From Eledone cirrhosa (Eukaryota), in assembly GCA_964016885.1 (NCBI GenBank), contig OZ024740.1, positions 394,010,001 through 394,074,000 of the forward strand: a DNA stretch of 64,000 bases, given 5' to 3'. The position numbers and the translations under genes are program-made. Numbering within the stretch: position 1 is the first letter of the stretch; each line of letters begins with the position of its first letter. Positions 13,149-26,993 of the stretch are shown one piece after another. Under the pieces are notes generated by a model, which made no database searches, was not told the origin of the DNA, and worked only from the letters and a program-made list of their open reading frames with translations.

Positions 13149-15057
13149 ATGGACTTTCGCAGTTTATGTTTACCAAATTTCTCGCTCAAGATGGCGAATT
13201 GTGGGACTAAATCTGAAAAAATGCGTTTGCTAACTTCTCAACCATACAGCCATCCTTTCACCCCATTTCTGTATACATCTATACATATGTACATACACAC
13301 CTACACACACACACGCATATATATAAATTTATACAAGCACGAACACACAGAGACACCCACACACTCACATCCACACATACACACATATATACGAATACAG
13401 CTTAGTGATATTGCAAATTATTTATCGATCTTCGTTAACTTTACTATCATTATCTTGGTGATTGTTGCTTGGCTAAATATTGCAAACAGGAGAACAAATA
13501 AAGCAAAATAATTAATTTTCATAATTCATTTGTTTCTGGCTATCTCTAGTCAAGCAATTCAATAATGGTGACTTGATACAACAAGGCGAGGGCAGAGAGA
13601 TAGAGAGAGGGAAAGAGAGAGGGAAAGGGAGGAGGTAAGGAGAGAGAGAGGGAGAGAGAAAGAAGGAGAGAGAGAGAGAGAGAGAGAGCTCTTACTGTAA
13701 TGAGGAAGCAATGCTCGAGAGATGAAATCATGCTGAGTGTTAGGACTGTTCATTGTAATAATAAACCGGGCCAGAGAGCTGCGTGGTGAGTTACATAAGA
13801 TAATAGGTCAGAGAATTATGTGTGAAACATGCGGAAATGAAAATAGTGTAATACGTCATATACTTTTACATAATTATTTGTTCACTGTTATTTTTGCTGT
13901 TTTATTTATCCGGATTTAAAATATTCATAAAATCATACTCAGCACCGGTTTCTGTGGCGGTACGTTGCTGGGATATATGACTATTCCCTTGGGTAGTGCT
14001 CGAAACTATAGGATACTGAACTCTGTGAATACCATATATGTATGGACCTGTAACTCCCGAAGGAGCTGTGGGATCGCCCTGGTGACATACGGCGCTTCCT
14101 GGGAATTTTAATCCTGGAGGAGCACAGATTTTCCAGAGAAGGAGAGTGTGAGATAAAGAGGAAATGAGAAATAGATATAAAGGAAGTAATGATCTCTGCA
14201 ATGAACTGATACTTTATTTATCGACCTCGAAAGCATTCTCTCCGAAGTTCAAACGACTCTGCCAATTCGCTTCCTTCTTTCTTGATATAACTCAAATAAA
14301 TAAAGTGCCATAACGTTGAGGATGTTTACATAAGAGAATTATGATGTCAGCTGCAGAAATTTATACATAGACAGACTTTATAATGGACTCTGCCATGCAA
14401 TAACGCCTGGTTATGGACCATCAGTTTCTCCATTATTTTCACAGCATTTTATCGAACTGGTTATCCATGTCAGTTATGAGGATAAAGACGCTATTATTTG
14501 GAATTAATTGAACCTTATCAAATATGTTAGAACAGATATCACTATATTTTATTGTTCATGCAGATGATTCTGGGGATCCCTATACCCTAGTTTAAGTTGT
14601 AACGCCAGTCAATGATTAAGAAATTAATATATAAATTATATGTTTTAAAGCCAAAAGTACTTTATTTATAATCTTTGGCTGAGAAACGGCTTTTGCTGTC
14701 TAGGCATGTAACAACATAAGGTATTTCACTTGAATTTTCTTGTAAAAGCCATAAGGTATATTTTAAGACATTTCTTACTGATGAGTTTACAGTGTCTTAA
14801 TATATTAATTACATAATATATATTGCTTTGCCTAAATGAAACCGTGGTATCAGCCCGAATTTGTAGGTGATATTATATTTTTTATTTTAAATTATATATT
14901 TTGCTTACAATGCTTACTTTCAATATATTGTAACTTTTTACACCTAACTATAATTTTTGAAAACAATGAAGCTCAACAAGTTATAGTTTTAAGCCTATAT
15001 AGTTATTTCAGTTATTTAGGGTGTAATATGAGTGAAATAATTATATTTTAGTCTATT

Positions 15058-15093
<36 letters not shown>

Positions 15094-15179
15094 AAAGTTC
15101 TATTTAAATTGTTGTGATACAACAAGCAAATATTTTTATAACTGATATAAAGCACTCAACAAATATTTGGAGTAAAAAT

Positions 15180-15549
15180 ACGATATTAACAAATGGAAAC
15201 TATATTTATAACTATATTTATAACAATATTTATAACTATATTTATAAAACCATATTTATTTCATTATACATATTTCAAGGACACCAAGTTAAATTATGGC
15301 GTGCTTTCATCAGATAAAATATAATATAGATCAGTTTTATAAATAAATATTGACATACCCTTAAAACTATCCGGGAGCTTCCAACAGTAATGGTTGCATT
15401 TTTTAAGGGTATGTCAATATTTATTTATAAAACTGATCTATATTATATTTTATCTGATGAAAGCACACCATAATTTAACTTGGTGTCCTTGAAATATGTA
15501 TAATGAAATAAATATGGTTTTATAAATATAGTTTCTATTTGTTAATATC

Positions 15550-15551
<2 letters not shown>
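15180..15551. mobile_element. Fold-back insertion with two inverted hammerhead ribozymes
   Basis: Arms 15180-15366 and 15401-15551 are reverse complements. Plus-strand HHR at 15446-15510 (tattttat-CTGATGA-stem II acacca/tggtgt-GAAA-tatgta-TA-atgaaata); mirror copy at 15257-15321. Confidence 0.8.
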
Positions 15552-15590
<39 letters not shown>

Positions 15591-15675
15591 TGTAGAGGTG
15601 CAGAGTACCATGTAAATATAACAACGTACTGGAGATATTCACACAAAACCAGAGACGTGCTCACATATTGAGGCA

Positions 15676-15761
15676 TATCTGAGGATCTTTCGATTTCAGA
15701 GTCAGGTTGGATCAATAATAAATTGTTCCTCGAGCTGATCGACTGTGAAACATATGTAATA
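15676..15761 (+). ncRNA. Probable type I hammerhead ribozyme with long stem II
   Basis: tat-CTGAGGA-...-GAAA-catatg-TA-ata; palindromic ACATATGT stem III; stem I is short. Confidence 0.55.
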
Positions 15762-15821
15762 GGTTATTAAATATGTCATGATGCAACACTGATTCTTTGT
15801 TCCTTTATTCTTATACTATAC

Positions 15822-15917
<96 letters not shown>

Positions 15918-15994
15918 CACTAAATCAATAAAGCAAACACCACAGTACAATGAAGAAATATAACAGTTTAACGATACATATAGTAGGAACATAG

Positions 15995-16030
15995 CATTTA
16001 CGTTTCGGACACAAGTCCTTCATCAGAAGA
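15995..16030 (-). ncRNA. Penelope-type minimal hammerhead motif
   Basis: Minus strand reads tt-CTGATGA-a-ggac-ttgt-gtcc-GAAA-cg-TA-aa. Confidence 0.6.
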
Positions 16031-16265
16031 TAGAAAGAAAAAGAAAACATGAATTAGAAAGATAGAGAGTCAGAAAAGGAAGTAACAGGAAAATATTTTT
16101 GTGAAAAAGCACGTTTTAGAGAACAAAGTAAAACATATATATATGGGGGCGGCGTAGGGGGGTCACCCACGCGTGTGCGCTCATTGTTACTAATAAAGAA
16201 CATAAATACACTATACACTTCGAGCACATGTGGGTATTGAATACAATTAATGTATAATCAAACAA

Positions 16266-16769
16266 GCAGTATGCAAGGGGTCTATGGAGGCAGAGATCCT
16301 GTACAGCAATAGCACATAGCACACATTGCAGTATGCAAGGGGTCTATGGAGGCAGAGATCCTGTACAGTAATAGCACATAGCACACATTGCAGTATGCAA
16401 GGGGTCTATGGAGGCAGAGATCCTGTACAGCAATAGCACATAGCACACATTGCAGTATGCAAGGGGTCTATGGAGGCAGAGATCCTGTACAGTAATAGCA
16501 CATAGCACACATTGCAGTATGCAAGGGGTCTATGGAGGCAGAGATCCTGTACAGCAATAGCACATAGCACACATTGCAGTATGCAAGGGGTCTATGGAGG
16601 CAGAGATCCTGTACAGCAATAGCACATAGCACACATTGCAGTATGCAAGGGGTCTATGGAGGCAGAGATCCTGTACAGTAATAGCACATAGCACACATTG
16701 CAGTATGCAAGGGGTCTATGGAGGCAGAGATCCTGTACAGTAATAGCACATAGCACACATTGCAGTATG
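16266..16769. repeat. 62-bp minisatellite, 8 copies
   Basis: Unit gcagtatgcaaggggtctatggaggcagagatcctgtacagYaatagcacatagcacacatt; only one variable position. Confidence 0.95.
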
Positions 16770-16845
16770 AACGTACGTCCGATCTTTTAACGGTTGCCAT
16801 CTCCGCCAACAGCTGGAATTATATACATATACCTATCTATCTGTC

Positions 16846-17808
16846 TGTCTGGCACCTGGAGAGCATACAGGCGCTTACAGCCTTCTAACAAGCGGAAACG
16901 GCGATCAGCGGAGACTCCACTTCAACATTCTATAGGGGATTAGTGGAGGATAAGTGCGACGCCGTTCTCTGGGAAACTCTAGGCCTCGAGGAGGACGAAC
17001 TGACCAGTCTGTTCGGGAAGACTTTCCGTCCAGGGCCTATGAATAATTTCCAGAGGTCTCTGGCCTGGCAGTGCTACAGAGGAGCTCTACCAGTTCGAGA
17101 CAAAATCTACAGGCACGGACTCCCTGGCAGAGATCCTGCCAAAAGGACCTGTCCAAGATGCAAAAAGGACATCAAAACCGTTCTGCACGCAATTGTTCAG
17201 TGCCCAGGGGTGACCGACCTGTGGAATTATGTCGAACAGCTATTGTCACGTGTGGTACGCATCCAGCTGTCAGCTGAGTCCATCGTGAGGATCACCTCGC
17301 CGCCTTCATTTAAGAATGAAGGAGAGGTGGTTTTCCTCTGTCTGGTGGCTATGGCGAAAGAGGTAATATGGTGGACGAGGTTAAAAGGATTGAGGGCAAA
17401 CACCTTTCTCTCCGGACAACAACTTATCACCTTTAAGTATCACTTCAGAAGGAAGGTGAGAGTGGAGAGAGAGGTGCTACACTCCAGTAAATTCGCTGAA
17501 AGGTGGGTGAATGTGGCGAAAATGGCCCGAGTGAATGGGCCTTCTCTGTATATAAACCTGTAGGTTGAGGAAGATAAACAGAGGGAAGACAGGCACACCT
17601 ACAAAACGTGTTCCTGGTGTTGAGGATTGTTCTACGGGGTATAAAACAACCTTGCAGTAACGTTCCCCCTACTGGGGATTTCAATTGTTATTTTATTATA
17701 TATAGTTTATTGTTATTTATTAATGTTAAAGTTATTTTTATGTAAAACCCCCGCCGTCACGTCTTGTAATGTCCCATTTTTGTACGCCCCTGTGGCAAAT
17801 AAAGAAAC
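16846..17808 (+). mobile_element. L1/Tx1-like LINE 3' fragment (zinc-binding C-terminal region and 3'UTR)
   Basis: ORF 16943..17563 has CPRC...HAIVQC and is homologous to ORF 35954..37105; ends aataaagaaa then (TCTA)n. Confidence 0.85.
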
Positions 17809-17838
17809 ATATCTATCTATCTTTCTATCTTTCTATCA

Positions 17839-17906
<68 letters not shown>

Positions 17907-17960
17907 CTATCTCTCTCTTTATCTGTCAGTCTGTCTCTCTCTCTCTTTCTATATATATAT

Positions 17961-18398
17961 ATGGTGGCTGCCAACTCGTTTTCGAGTACGGCCACTACTT
18001 TATATCCATGTAGGAGAACCCCTACCGATGCGCTGAACGAGTGTGACTTTTTAGTCCAGCCAGCGACTTGAAAACCCTGGTACAAACACTACACTTGTGA
18101 CAATTATTGACACATAGTGCTGGGCCCATGTTACCATGTGATGACAAGTGCAGAGAGATCTCCAGATATAAAGCAATGCCTGTGCCGTGAAGCTTTTATA
18201 GTGAGCAAAGGCACTGCACAAAGCCAGTCCCACTCTCTTAACCAAGATGATATATACCAAAAAGAAGAACAACTCAACATCATTGGATACCATCATGGTT
18301 GCAGGTGTTATATCAGAGTTTTCCTTCTCCTAGAATTCTGCCTTGACAAAGGCTAAGGGGTCATCTCTCGTGGAGGCTAAGGGGTCATCTCTCCCGGA
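17961..18398 (-). mobile_element. Family B RTE-derived element, 5'-truncated
   Basis: Aligns to the other family B copies. Confidence 0.85.
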
Positions 18399-18435
18399 TA
18401 TATACATACATACATATATATACATATATATATAT

Positions 18436-18610
18436 AGGAAAAAGTATGACCCCGACGGCAGAGCTCAAGCCGTTTCAACGGCTATTTCTGGATAGCCGTC
18501 GAAACGGCTTAAGCTCTGCCGTCGGGGTCATACTTTTTCCTATTTCCCACTCTACTACCCTAAGTATTGAGTACTCTGGTGCGTTATGGTCCATCTGGTT
18601 CCTTACCACA
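18436..18610 (+). mobile_element. Short element with a ~105-bp near-perfect palindrome containing the 3' half of an HHR
   Basis: taggaaaaagtatgaccccgacggcagagc...gctctgccgtcggggtcatactttttccta; contains GAAA-cggc-loop-gccg-TC-ggggtc. Confidence 0.75.
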
Positions 18611-18684
18611 AATCCATTGTTATACATATATATATATATACATATATGAAAAAGAACACAAGAGCATCTACAACATCAAAAGAT

Positions 18685-18746
18685 TTTTATTGGCTAACAA
18701 TGTTTCTTCCTTACGTGTTACCGTAGGATTCATCAGAGCTATAAAA
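18685..18746 (-). ncRNA. Probable type I hammerhead ribozyme
   Basis: Minus strand reads gct-CTGATGA-atcctacg-gtaaca-cgtaaggaa-GAAA-cattg-TT-agc. Confidence 0.55.
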
Positions 18747-18797
18747 GGGGTTTGATTGGTGTTATGGACTCTACCAACCAAACACCCAAGAACAAAA

Positions 18798-18844
<47 letters not shown>

Positions 18845-18883
18845 TGGTGTTATGGACTCTACCAACCAAACACCCAAGAACAA

Positions 18884-18917
<34 letters not shown>

Positions 18918-19162
18918 CATATATATATATGTATACATATACATACATATATATATGCATATATATATATATATATACATACATATATATATATATATGC
19001 ATATATATATGCATATATATATATGTATGTATATATATACATATATATATGTATATATATATATGTATATATATATGTATGTATGTATTTATGTATGTAT
19101 ATATATATAGAGAGAGAGAGAGACGGACAGACAGACAGACAGGCAGAGACAAATATATATAT

Positions 19163-19210
<48 letters not shown>

Positions 19211-19773
19211 TAATATATATATATATATAAAACACAAAAGATGCCTAGTATATTTGTACTACAAGGTTGACTAGGATCACTGCACGTCTACTTATTTAAT
19301 CATCCATATTTAGAATTTACAATTCAACTGCTCCTTCCTTAGAGACGCCATTACGTCTTGCATGCAGATTGGCAATTTTGTGGGAATATTTCATGCTCTC
19401 CTATCTCTCCTACTTCCCCAGCCCCCTTATTATTCAATCTTTCTGATATTGCGTGTCCTCGTTACTCTGTCTCTCTCTGGCCCCGCTCTATCTCCCTCTC
19501 CCTCTCCCTCTCTCTCTTTCTCTCTATAACATTTTATGTATATGTATCTCTACAGCTTTCCCTTTTCTTCTCACATTTGGCAAGATCCATGGGTTTAACA
19601 TTGGTTGGCAAACGGCGCATTAGATTAGAGAAATGGCCAGTGTGAATACGAACAGGCGATATTCTAAAAATTGACAAGCCTCTTGGTTATTGAAAAGAAA
19701 CACATAAACCGGACTTGCCAACTCGTAAAACTAACGTTGCCCAGCAATGAATTAGTAGGTACAGTAGAAGGCA

Positions 19774-20283
<510 letters not shown>

Positions 20284-20737
20284 AGAAAGATACATAGATA
20301 GATAGAGGGGTAGACGGTGTAGTTAAGTAATCATTCCTAAAAGTATATATTTACAGAGCTCTCTCTATATAGTTCTCTGTCTATATATAACTTTCTATAT
20401 AATGAGTGATAGGTAAGTAGATACGTAGATGCAGATAGACATATGAATTCAAAGATATTTAGATTGATAAGAAGATAAATGGAGTGTTGGAGGAGTGATA
20501 GATCAATAAATCGATACATACATAAGTAGTCCAATAGATAGATAGATAGTGAAAATGTGAAGGATGGTATATGTGAGAGAAAGAGAGAAATTGGGGAAAA
20601 GGTGGCATAAAAGTAAACGGAGAAGGAGAGGTACGAAGATAAAGAGCCATAGACAGATATAAAGTGAATAAGAATACGATAATATTTGTATAAGAACAAT
20701 CAAAAAGAGGTAGGCCAATATATATATGCATACATAC

Positions 20738-20816
<79 letters not shown>

Positions 20817-20860
20817 TATATGTATATGTATATAGATATATGTATATGTATATATACGTG

Positions 20861-20946
<86 letters not shown>

Positions 20947-20958
20947 CATATATATATA

Positions 20959-21883
20959 TTGTTATACTTGGCGAGGGTCATATTTGTGTAATAATATTAC
21001 CAGAATTAATAACAGAACACACTCACTGTTTGGTTGGTTTTCGTTTCTGTGTCTTTTATATCGGTTAATTTAATTTATTCGGTCCTCAATGTTGCCATTG
21101 ACTGACCAACGGTCAAAAATACAGATACAATATAGACACAAACACATATATATAGTCTAACAAAGTTCTTTCGTTGCTCATCTGCAACATCGTCAGTGGT
21201 GCTATTATGTTTCCTCCCGTTGTATTGTATGCCTACGCCATCTTTATTTAGTCTGTTTATTTATTTATTTTTTTTGTCTTCTCTGCGCATGCGTTTGCGT
21301 GTGTGTATAGTCTTTTGTTTGATGTGTGTTCGTGTTTGGGTGACTGTGTATTGGTTATTGTATTATATCTTAGTTTACTAGTGTGTGTTTATATGTGTTT
21401 GTTGTTATTGTGCTTGTGTATGTATTTATTTATTTATTTATTTATACTCCTCTTAGGTCAGTGTTGTTTGTTTGGGTGTTGTTTTTATTCTATTCATATT
21501 TTCTGTTTAGCCTTGGCCTTCTAAGTTCTATTTCACTGGCCTCTCTGATTTGCCTATCTGCTGGGTCATTTCTATGTTTAGATATTATTCTAATTTCTAT
21601 GTTGTCTATGTTACCGTCGTGTTGTCTGGCATGTTCGTCTAGTACTGAACCGTTTGTTCGTCCTTTTAGTTCCCCCAGTGTTGGTCTAAATAAAAATGGC
21701 GTAGGCATACAATTGTATCTGTATTTTTGACCGTTGGTCAGTCAATGGTAACATTGAGGACAGAATAAATTAAATTAACCGATATAAAAGACACAGAAGC
21801 GAAAACCAACCAAACAGTGAGTGTGTTCTGTTATTAATTCTTGCAATATTATTACACAAATATGACCATCCCCAAGTATAACA
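20959..21883 (-). mobile_element. 5'-truncated Penelope-like element with an inverted copy of its 3' terminus
   Basis: Minus ORF 21490..21708 (SVLDEHARQH..IEIRIISK...RQIREASEIELRRPRLNRK) resembles the PLE GIY-YIG C-terminus; 20959-21130 is the reverse complement of 21713-21883; HHR-like CTGACGA-gttgc/gcaac-GAAA at 21160-21200. Confidence 0.8.
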
Positions 21884-21928
21884 ATATTTGTTCGACACAC
21901 GATTTCATATCAAGAACCTCGCAAAACT

Positions 21929-21968
<40 letters not shown>

Positions 21969-22047
21969 GAAAATGTATAACCCCGACGGCAGAGCTCAAG
22001 CCGTTTTGACGGCTATTTCTATCGTTATATATATATATATATATATA

Positions 22048-22770
22048 ATGGAAAATTTGAACAGGAACAAAACAGAGAGGCAGTACAACGAATGTTTATT
22101 AATTTCACGCTCTTGAGAGTGGGGTGATGGTGGGGAACGACGTTTCGGGCATAAGCCCTTCTTCAGGTGAAAAGTGTGTGGGAAGAGAGTTCAAAGGGTG
22201 TGTAGGGGAGTGGTGGAGAGACATATAGCGAAAAGGGGGTGGGAGGAAACGGTGCGAATGAAATTAAAAATAAAAGCATGATCAAAATAAAATAAAATTA
22301 AAATGGGGTAAAACAGGTGGTGGAAGGGTGTGGGGCGTGTAGGGGTGGTGGCGGGTGGAGTGGGGAGAGGGAGACGGGGTGTCCGAGCGGGGAGGGCTGA
22401 AGGTGGTGTGTGTGTGTAGGTGTACGTGTGTGTGTGTGTGTGTGTGTATGTGAAAGCAAGGGTTGGGAGAAGAACGGGGTTGCATGTTCAGGAAGAGGTG
22501 TGTGTGTGTGGGGGGGGGGGTCGGAGTGTGCGTGCGTGTGTGGATAGAGGGGGGGGGGAAGGAATCCGGAGGCTGAAGGTGTAAATATGTGGTGGAAAGC
22601 ACGTGTGTGGGGGGTTTAAGCGTGTTGTGGGTGTAGGTGGCGTGTGGGAAAAAAAATGTGTTTGGGTGTGTGTGTGGGTGAGTTATAAAGGTTATTCCGT
22701 AAGAAGATGTGGTTGAATGGTTGGTAAACTCCTAGGATGGTAGTTGATTCCGCGGTCAAGGTCCACATAC
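22048..22770 (-). mobile_element. Penelope-like 3' terminal fragment with minimal HHR
   Basis: Minus strand reads ac-CTGAAGA-a-gggc-ttat-gccc-GAAA-cg-TC-gt at 22137-22168; AC-rich UTR; flanked by (TA)n. Confidence 0.65.
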
Positions 22771-22872
22771 GATATATATATATATATTTATTAAAATAAC
22801 AGATTAATGTTTAAGCAAAGTTTAGTCTGCAAATTTATTATTATTACTATATATATATATATATATATATAT

Positions 22873-25561
22873 AAATTGGAATAAATGCTCTGAAATAGCG
22901 ATATATATGTGAATATAGACATAGAATATTCGAAAATATTCTGTATGTTTATAATAAACATTTTGAAGACCTAATCGCTATAGAATAGAATACGTCACGT
23001 ATTACAATTAGATTCTCGATAAAAGCAAGGGAAGTAATCTACGCGTTTCATTCTCGTTAGAAATCATCAGGACTACATATCCAGTGCTTTTATCGAGAAT
23101 GACACAGCTAGAGACTTATAGAATACTTAGCTGTGTACAGGAACTGGTTTGAAAGAGCGGTTGCCGGTCCGGCAGAAATTAGAAATTGGAATAAATGCTC
23201 TGAAATAGCGATATATATGTGAATATAGACATAGAATATTCGAAAATATTCTGTATGTTTATAATAAACATTTTGAAGACCTAATCGCTATAGAATAGAA
23301 TACGTCACGTATTACAATTAGATTCTCGATAAAAGCAAGGGAAGTAATCTACGCGTTTCATTCTCGTTAGAAATCATCAGGACTACATATCCAGTGCTTT
23401 TATCGAGAATGACACAGCTAGAGACTTATAGAATACTTAGCTGTGTACAGGAACTGGTTTGAAAGAGCGGTTGCCGGTCCGGCAGAAATTAGAAATTGGA
23501 ATAAATGCTCTGAAATAGCGATATATATGTGAATATAGACATAGAATATTCGAAAATATTCTGTATGTTTATAATAAACATTTTGAAGACCTAATCGCTA
23601 TAGAATAGAATACGTCACGTATTACAATTAGATTCTCGATAAAAGCAAGGGAAGTAATCTACGCGTTTCATTCTCGTTAGAAATCATCAGGACTACATAT
23701 CCAGTGCTTTTATCGAGAATGACACAGCTAGAGACTTATAGAATACTTAGCTGTGTACAGGAACTGGTTTGAAAGAGCGGTTGCCGGTCCGGCAGAAATT
23801 AGAAATTGGAATAAATGCTCTGAAATAGCGATATATATGTGAATATAGACATAGAATATTCGAAAATATTCTGTATGTTTATAATAAACATTTTGAAGAC
23901 CTAATCGCTATAGAATAGAATACGTCACGTATTACAATTAGATTCTCGATAAAAGCAAGGGAAGTAATCTACGCGTTTCATTCTCGTTAGAAATCATCAG
24001 GACTACATATCCAGTGCTTTTATCGAGAATGACACAGCTAGAGACTTATAGAATACTTAGCTGTGTACAGGAACTGGTTTGAAAGAGCGGTTGCCGGTCC
24101 GGCAGAAATTAGAAATTGGAATAAATGCTCTGAAATAGCGATATATATGTGAATATAGACATAGAATATTCGAAAATATTCTGTATGTTTATAATAAACA
24201 TTTTGAAGACCTAATCGCTATAGAATAGAATACGTCACGTATTACAATTAGATTCTCGATAAAAGCAAGGGAAGTAATCTACGCGTTTCATTCTCGTTAG
24301 AAATCATCAGGACTACATATCCAGTGCTTTTATCGAGAATGACACAGCTAGAGACTTATAGAATACTTAGCTGTGTACAGGAACTGGTTTGAAAGAGCGG
24401 TTGCCGGTCCGGCAGAAATTAGAAATTGGAATAAATGCTCTGAAATAGCGATATATATGTGAATATAGACATAGAATATTCGAAAATATTCTGTATGTTT
24501 ATAATAAACATTTTGAAGACCTAATCGCTATAGAATAGAATACGTCACGTATTACAATTAGATTCTCGATAAAAGCAAGGGAAGTAATCTACGCGTTTCA
24601 TTCTCGTTAGAAATCATCAGGACTACATATCCAGTGCTTTTATCGAGAATGACACAGCTAGAGACTTATAGAGTACTTAGCTGTGTACAGGAACTGGTTT
24701 GAAAGAGCGGTTGCCGGTCCGGCAGAAATTAGAAATTGGAATAAATGCTCTGAAATAGCGATATATATGTGAATATAGACATAGAATATTCGAAAATATT
24801 CTGTATGTTTATAATAAACATTTTGAAGACCTAATCGCTATAGAATAGAATACGTCACGTATTACAATTAGATTCTCGATAAAAGCAAGGGAAGTAATCT
24901 ACGCGTTTCATTCTCGTTAGAAATCATCAGGACTACATATCCAGTGCTTTTATCGAGAATGACACAGCTAGAGACTTATAGAATACTTAGCTGTGTACAG
25001 GAACTGGTTTGAAAGAGCGGTTGCCGGTCCGGCAGAAATTAGAAATTGGAATAAATGCTCTGAAATAGCGATATATATGTGAATATAGACATAGAATATT
25101 CGAAAATATTCTGTATGTTTATAATAAACATTTTGAAGACCTAATCGCTATAGAATAGAATACGTCACGTATTACAATTAGATTCTCGATAAAAGCAAGG
25201 GAAGTAATCTACGCGTTTCATTCTCGTTAGAAATCATCAGGACTACATATCCAGTGCTTTTATCGAGAATGACACAGCTAGAGACTTATAGAATACTTAG
25301 CTGTGTACAGGAACTGGTTTGAAAGAGCGGTTGCCGGTCCGGCAGAAATTAGAAATTGGAATAAATGCTCTGAAATAGCGATATATATGTGAATATAGAC
25401 ATAGAATATTCGAAAATATTCTGTATGTTTATAATAAACATTTTGAAGACCTAATCGCTATAGAATAGAATACGTCACGTATTACAATTAGATTCTCGAT
25501 AAAAGCAAGGGAAGTAATCTACGCGTTTCATTCTCGTTAGAAATCATCAGGACTACATATC
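22873..25561 (-). mobile_element. Retrozyme-like tandem array, ~8.7 x 310 bp, one type I HHR per unit (9 HHRs on the minus strand)
   Basis: Exact 310-bp period (aaattggaata at 22873, 23183, ...); tcatcag cores at 23064+310n; only one substitution noticed (~24673). Confidence 0.9.
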
Positions 25562-26993
25562 ATTCTCGATAAAAGCACTGGATATGTAGTCCTGATGATT
25601 TCTAACGAGAATGAAACGCGTAGATTACTTCCCTTGCTTTTATCGAGAATCTAATTGTAATACGTGACGTATTCTATTCTATAGCGATTAGGTCTTCAAA
25701 ATGTTTATTATAAACATACAGAATATTTTCGAATATTCTATGTCTATATTCACATATATATCGCTATTTCAGAGCATTTATTCCAATTTCTAATTTCTGC
25801 CGGACCGGCAACCGCTCTTTCAAACCAGTTCCTGTACACAGCTAAGTATTCTATAAGTCTCTAGCTGTGTCATTCTCGATAAAAGCACTGGATATGTAGT
25901 CCTGATGATTTCTAACGAGAATGAAACGCGTAGATTACTTCCCTTGCTTTTATCGAGAATCTAATTGTAATACGTGACGTATTCTATTCTATAGCGATTA
26001 GGTCTTCAAAATGTTTATTATAAACATACAGAATATTTTCGAATATTCTATGTCTATATTCACATATATATCGCTATTTCAGAGCATTTATTCCAATTTC
26101 TAATTTCTGCCGGACCGGCAACCGCTCTTTCAAACCAGTTCCTGTACACAGCTAAGTATTCTATAAGTCTCTAGCTGTGTCATTCTCGATAAAAGCACTG
26201 GATATGTAGTCCTGATGATTTCTAACGAGAATGAAACGCGTAGATTACTTCCCTTGCTTTTATCGAGAATCTAATTGTAATACGTGACGTATTCTATTCT
26301 ATAGCGATTAGGTCTTCAAAATGTTTATTATAAACATACAGAATATTTTCGAATATTCTATGTCTATATTCACATATATATCGCTATTTCAGAGCATTTA
26401 TTCCAATTTCTAATTTCTGCCGGACCGGCAACCGCTCTTTCAAACCAGTTCCTGTACACAGCTAAGTATTCTATAAGTCTCTAGCTGTGTCATTCTCGAT
26501 AAAAGCACTGGATATGTAGTCCTGATGATTTCTAACGAGAATGAAACGCGTAGATTACTTCCCTTGCTTTTATCGAGAATCTAATTGTAATACGTGACGT
26601 ATTCTATTCTATAGCGATTAGGTCTTCAAAATGTTTATTATAAACATACAGAATATTTTCGAATATTCTATGTCTATATTCACATATATATCGCTATTTC
26701 AGAGCATTTATTCCAATTTCTAATTTCTGCCGGACCGGCAACCGCTCTTTCAAACCAGTTCCTGTACACAGCTAAGTATTCTATAAGTCTCTAGCTGTGT
26801 CATTCTCGATAAAAGCACTGGATATGTAGTCCTGATGATTTCTAACGAGAATGAAACGCGTAGATTACTTCCCTTGCTTTTATCGAGAATCTAATTGTAA
26901 TACGTGACGTATTCTATTCTATAGCGATTAGGTCTTCAAAATGTTTATTATAAACATACAGAATATTTTCGAATATTCTATGTCTATATTCAC

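Noticed and set aside
13935-14050. Possible host exon on the minus strand
   Set aside because: Splice-like dinucleotides are present, but there is no recognisable protein similarity or neighbouring exon.
14770-14855. CTGATGA...GAAA-ccgtgg-TA hammerhead-like motif
   Set aside because: Stem I pairs poorly; at best a degenerate copy.
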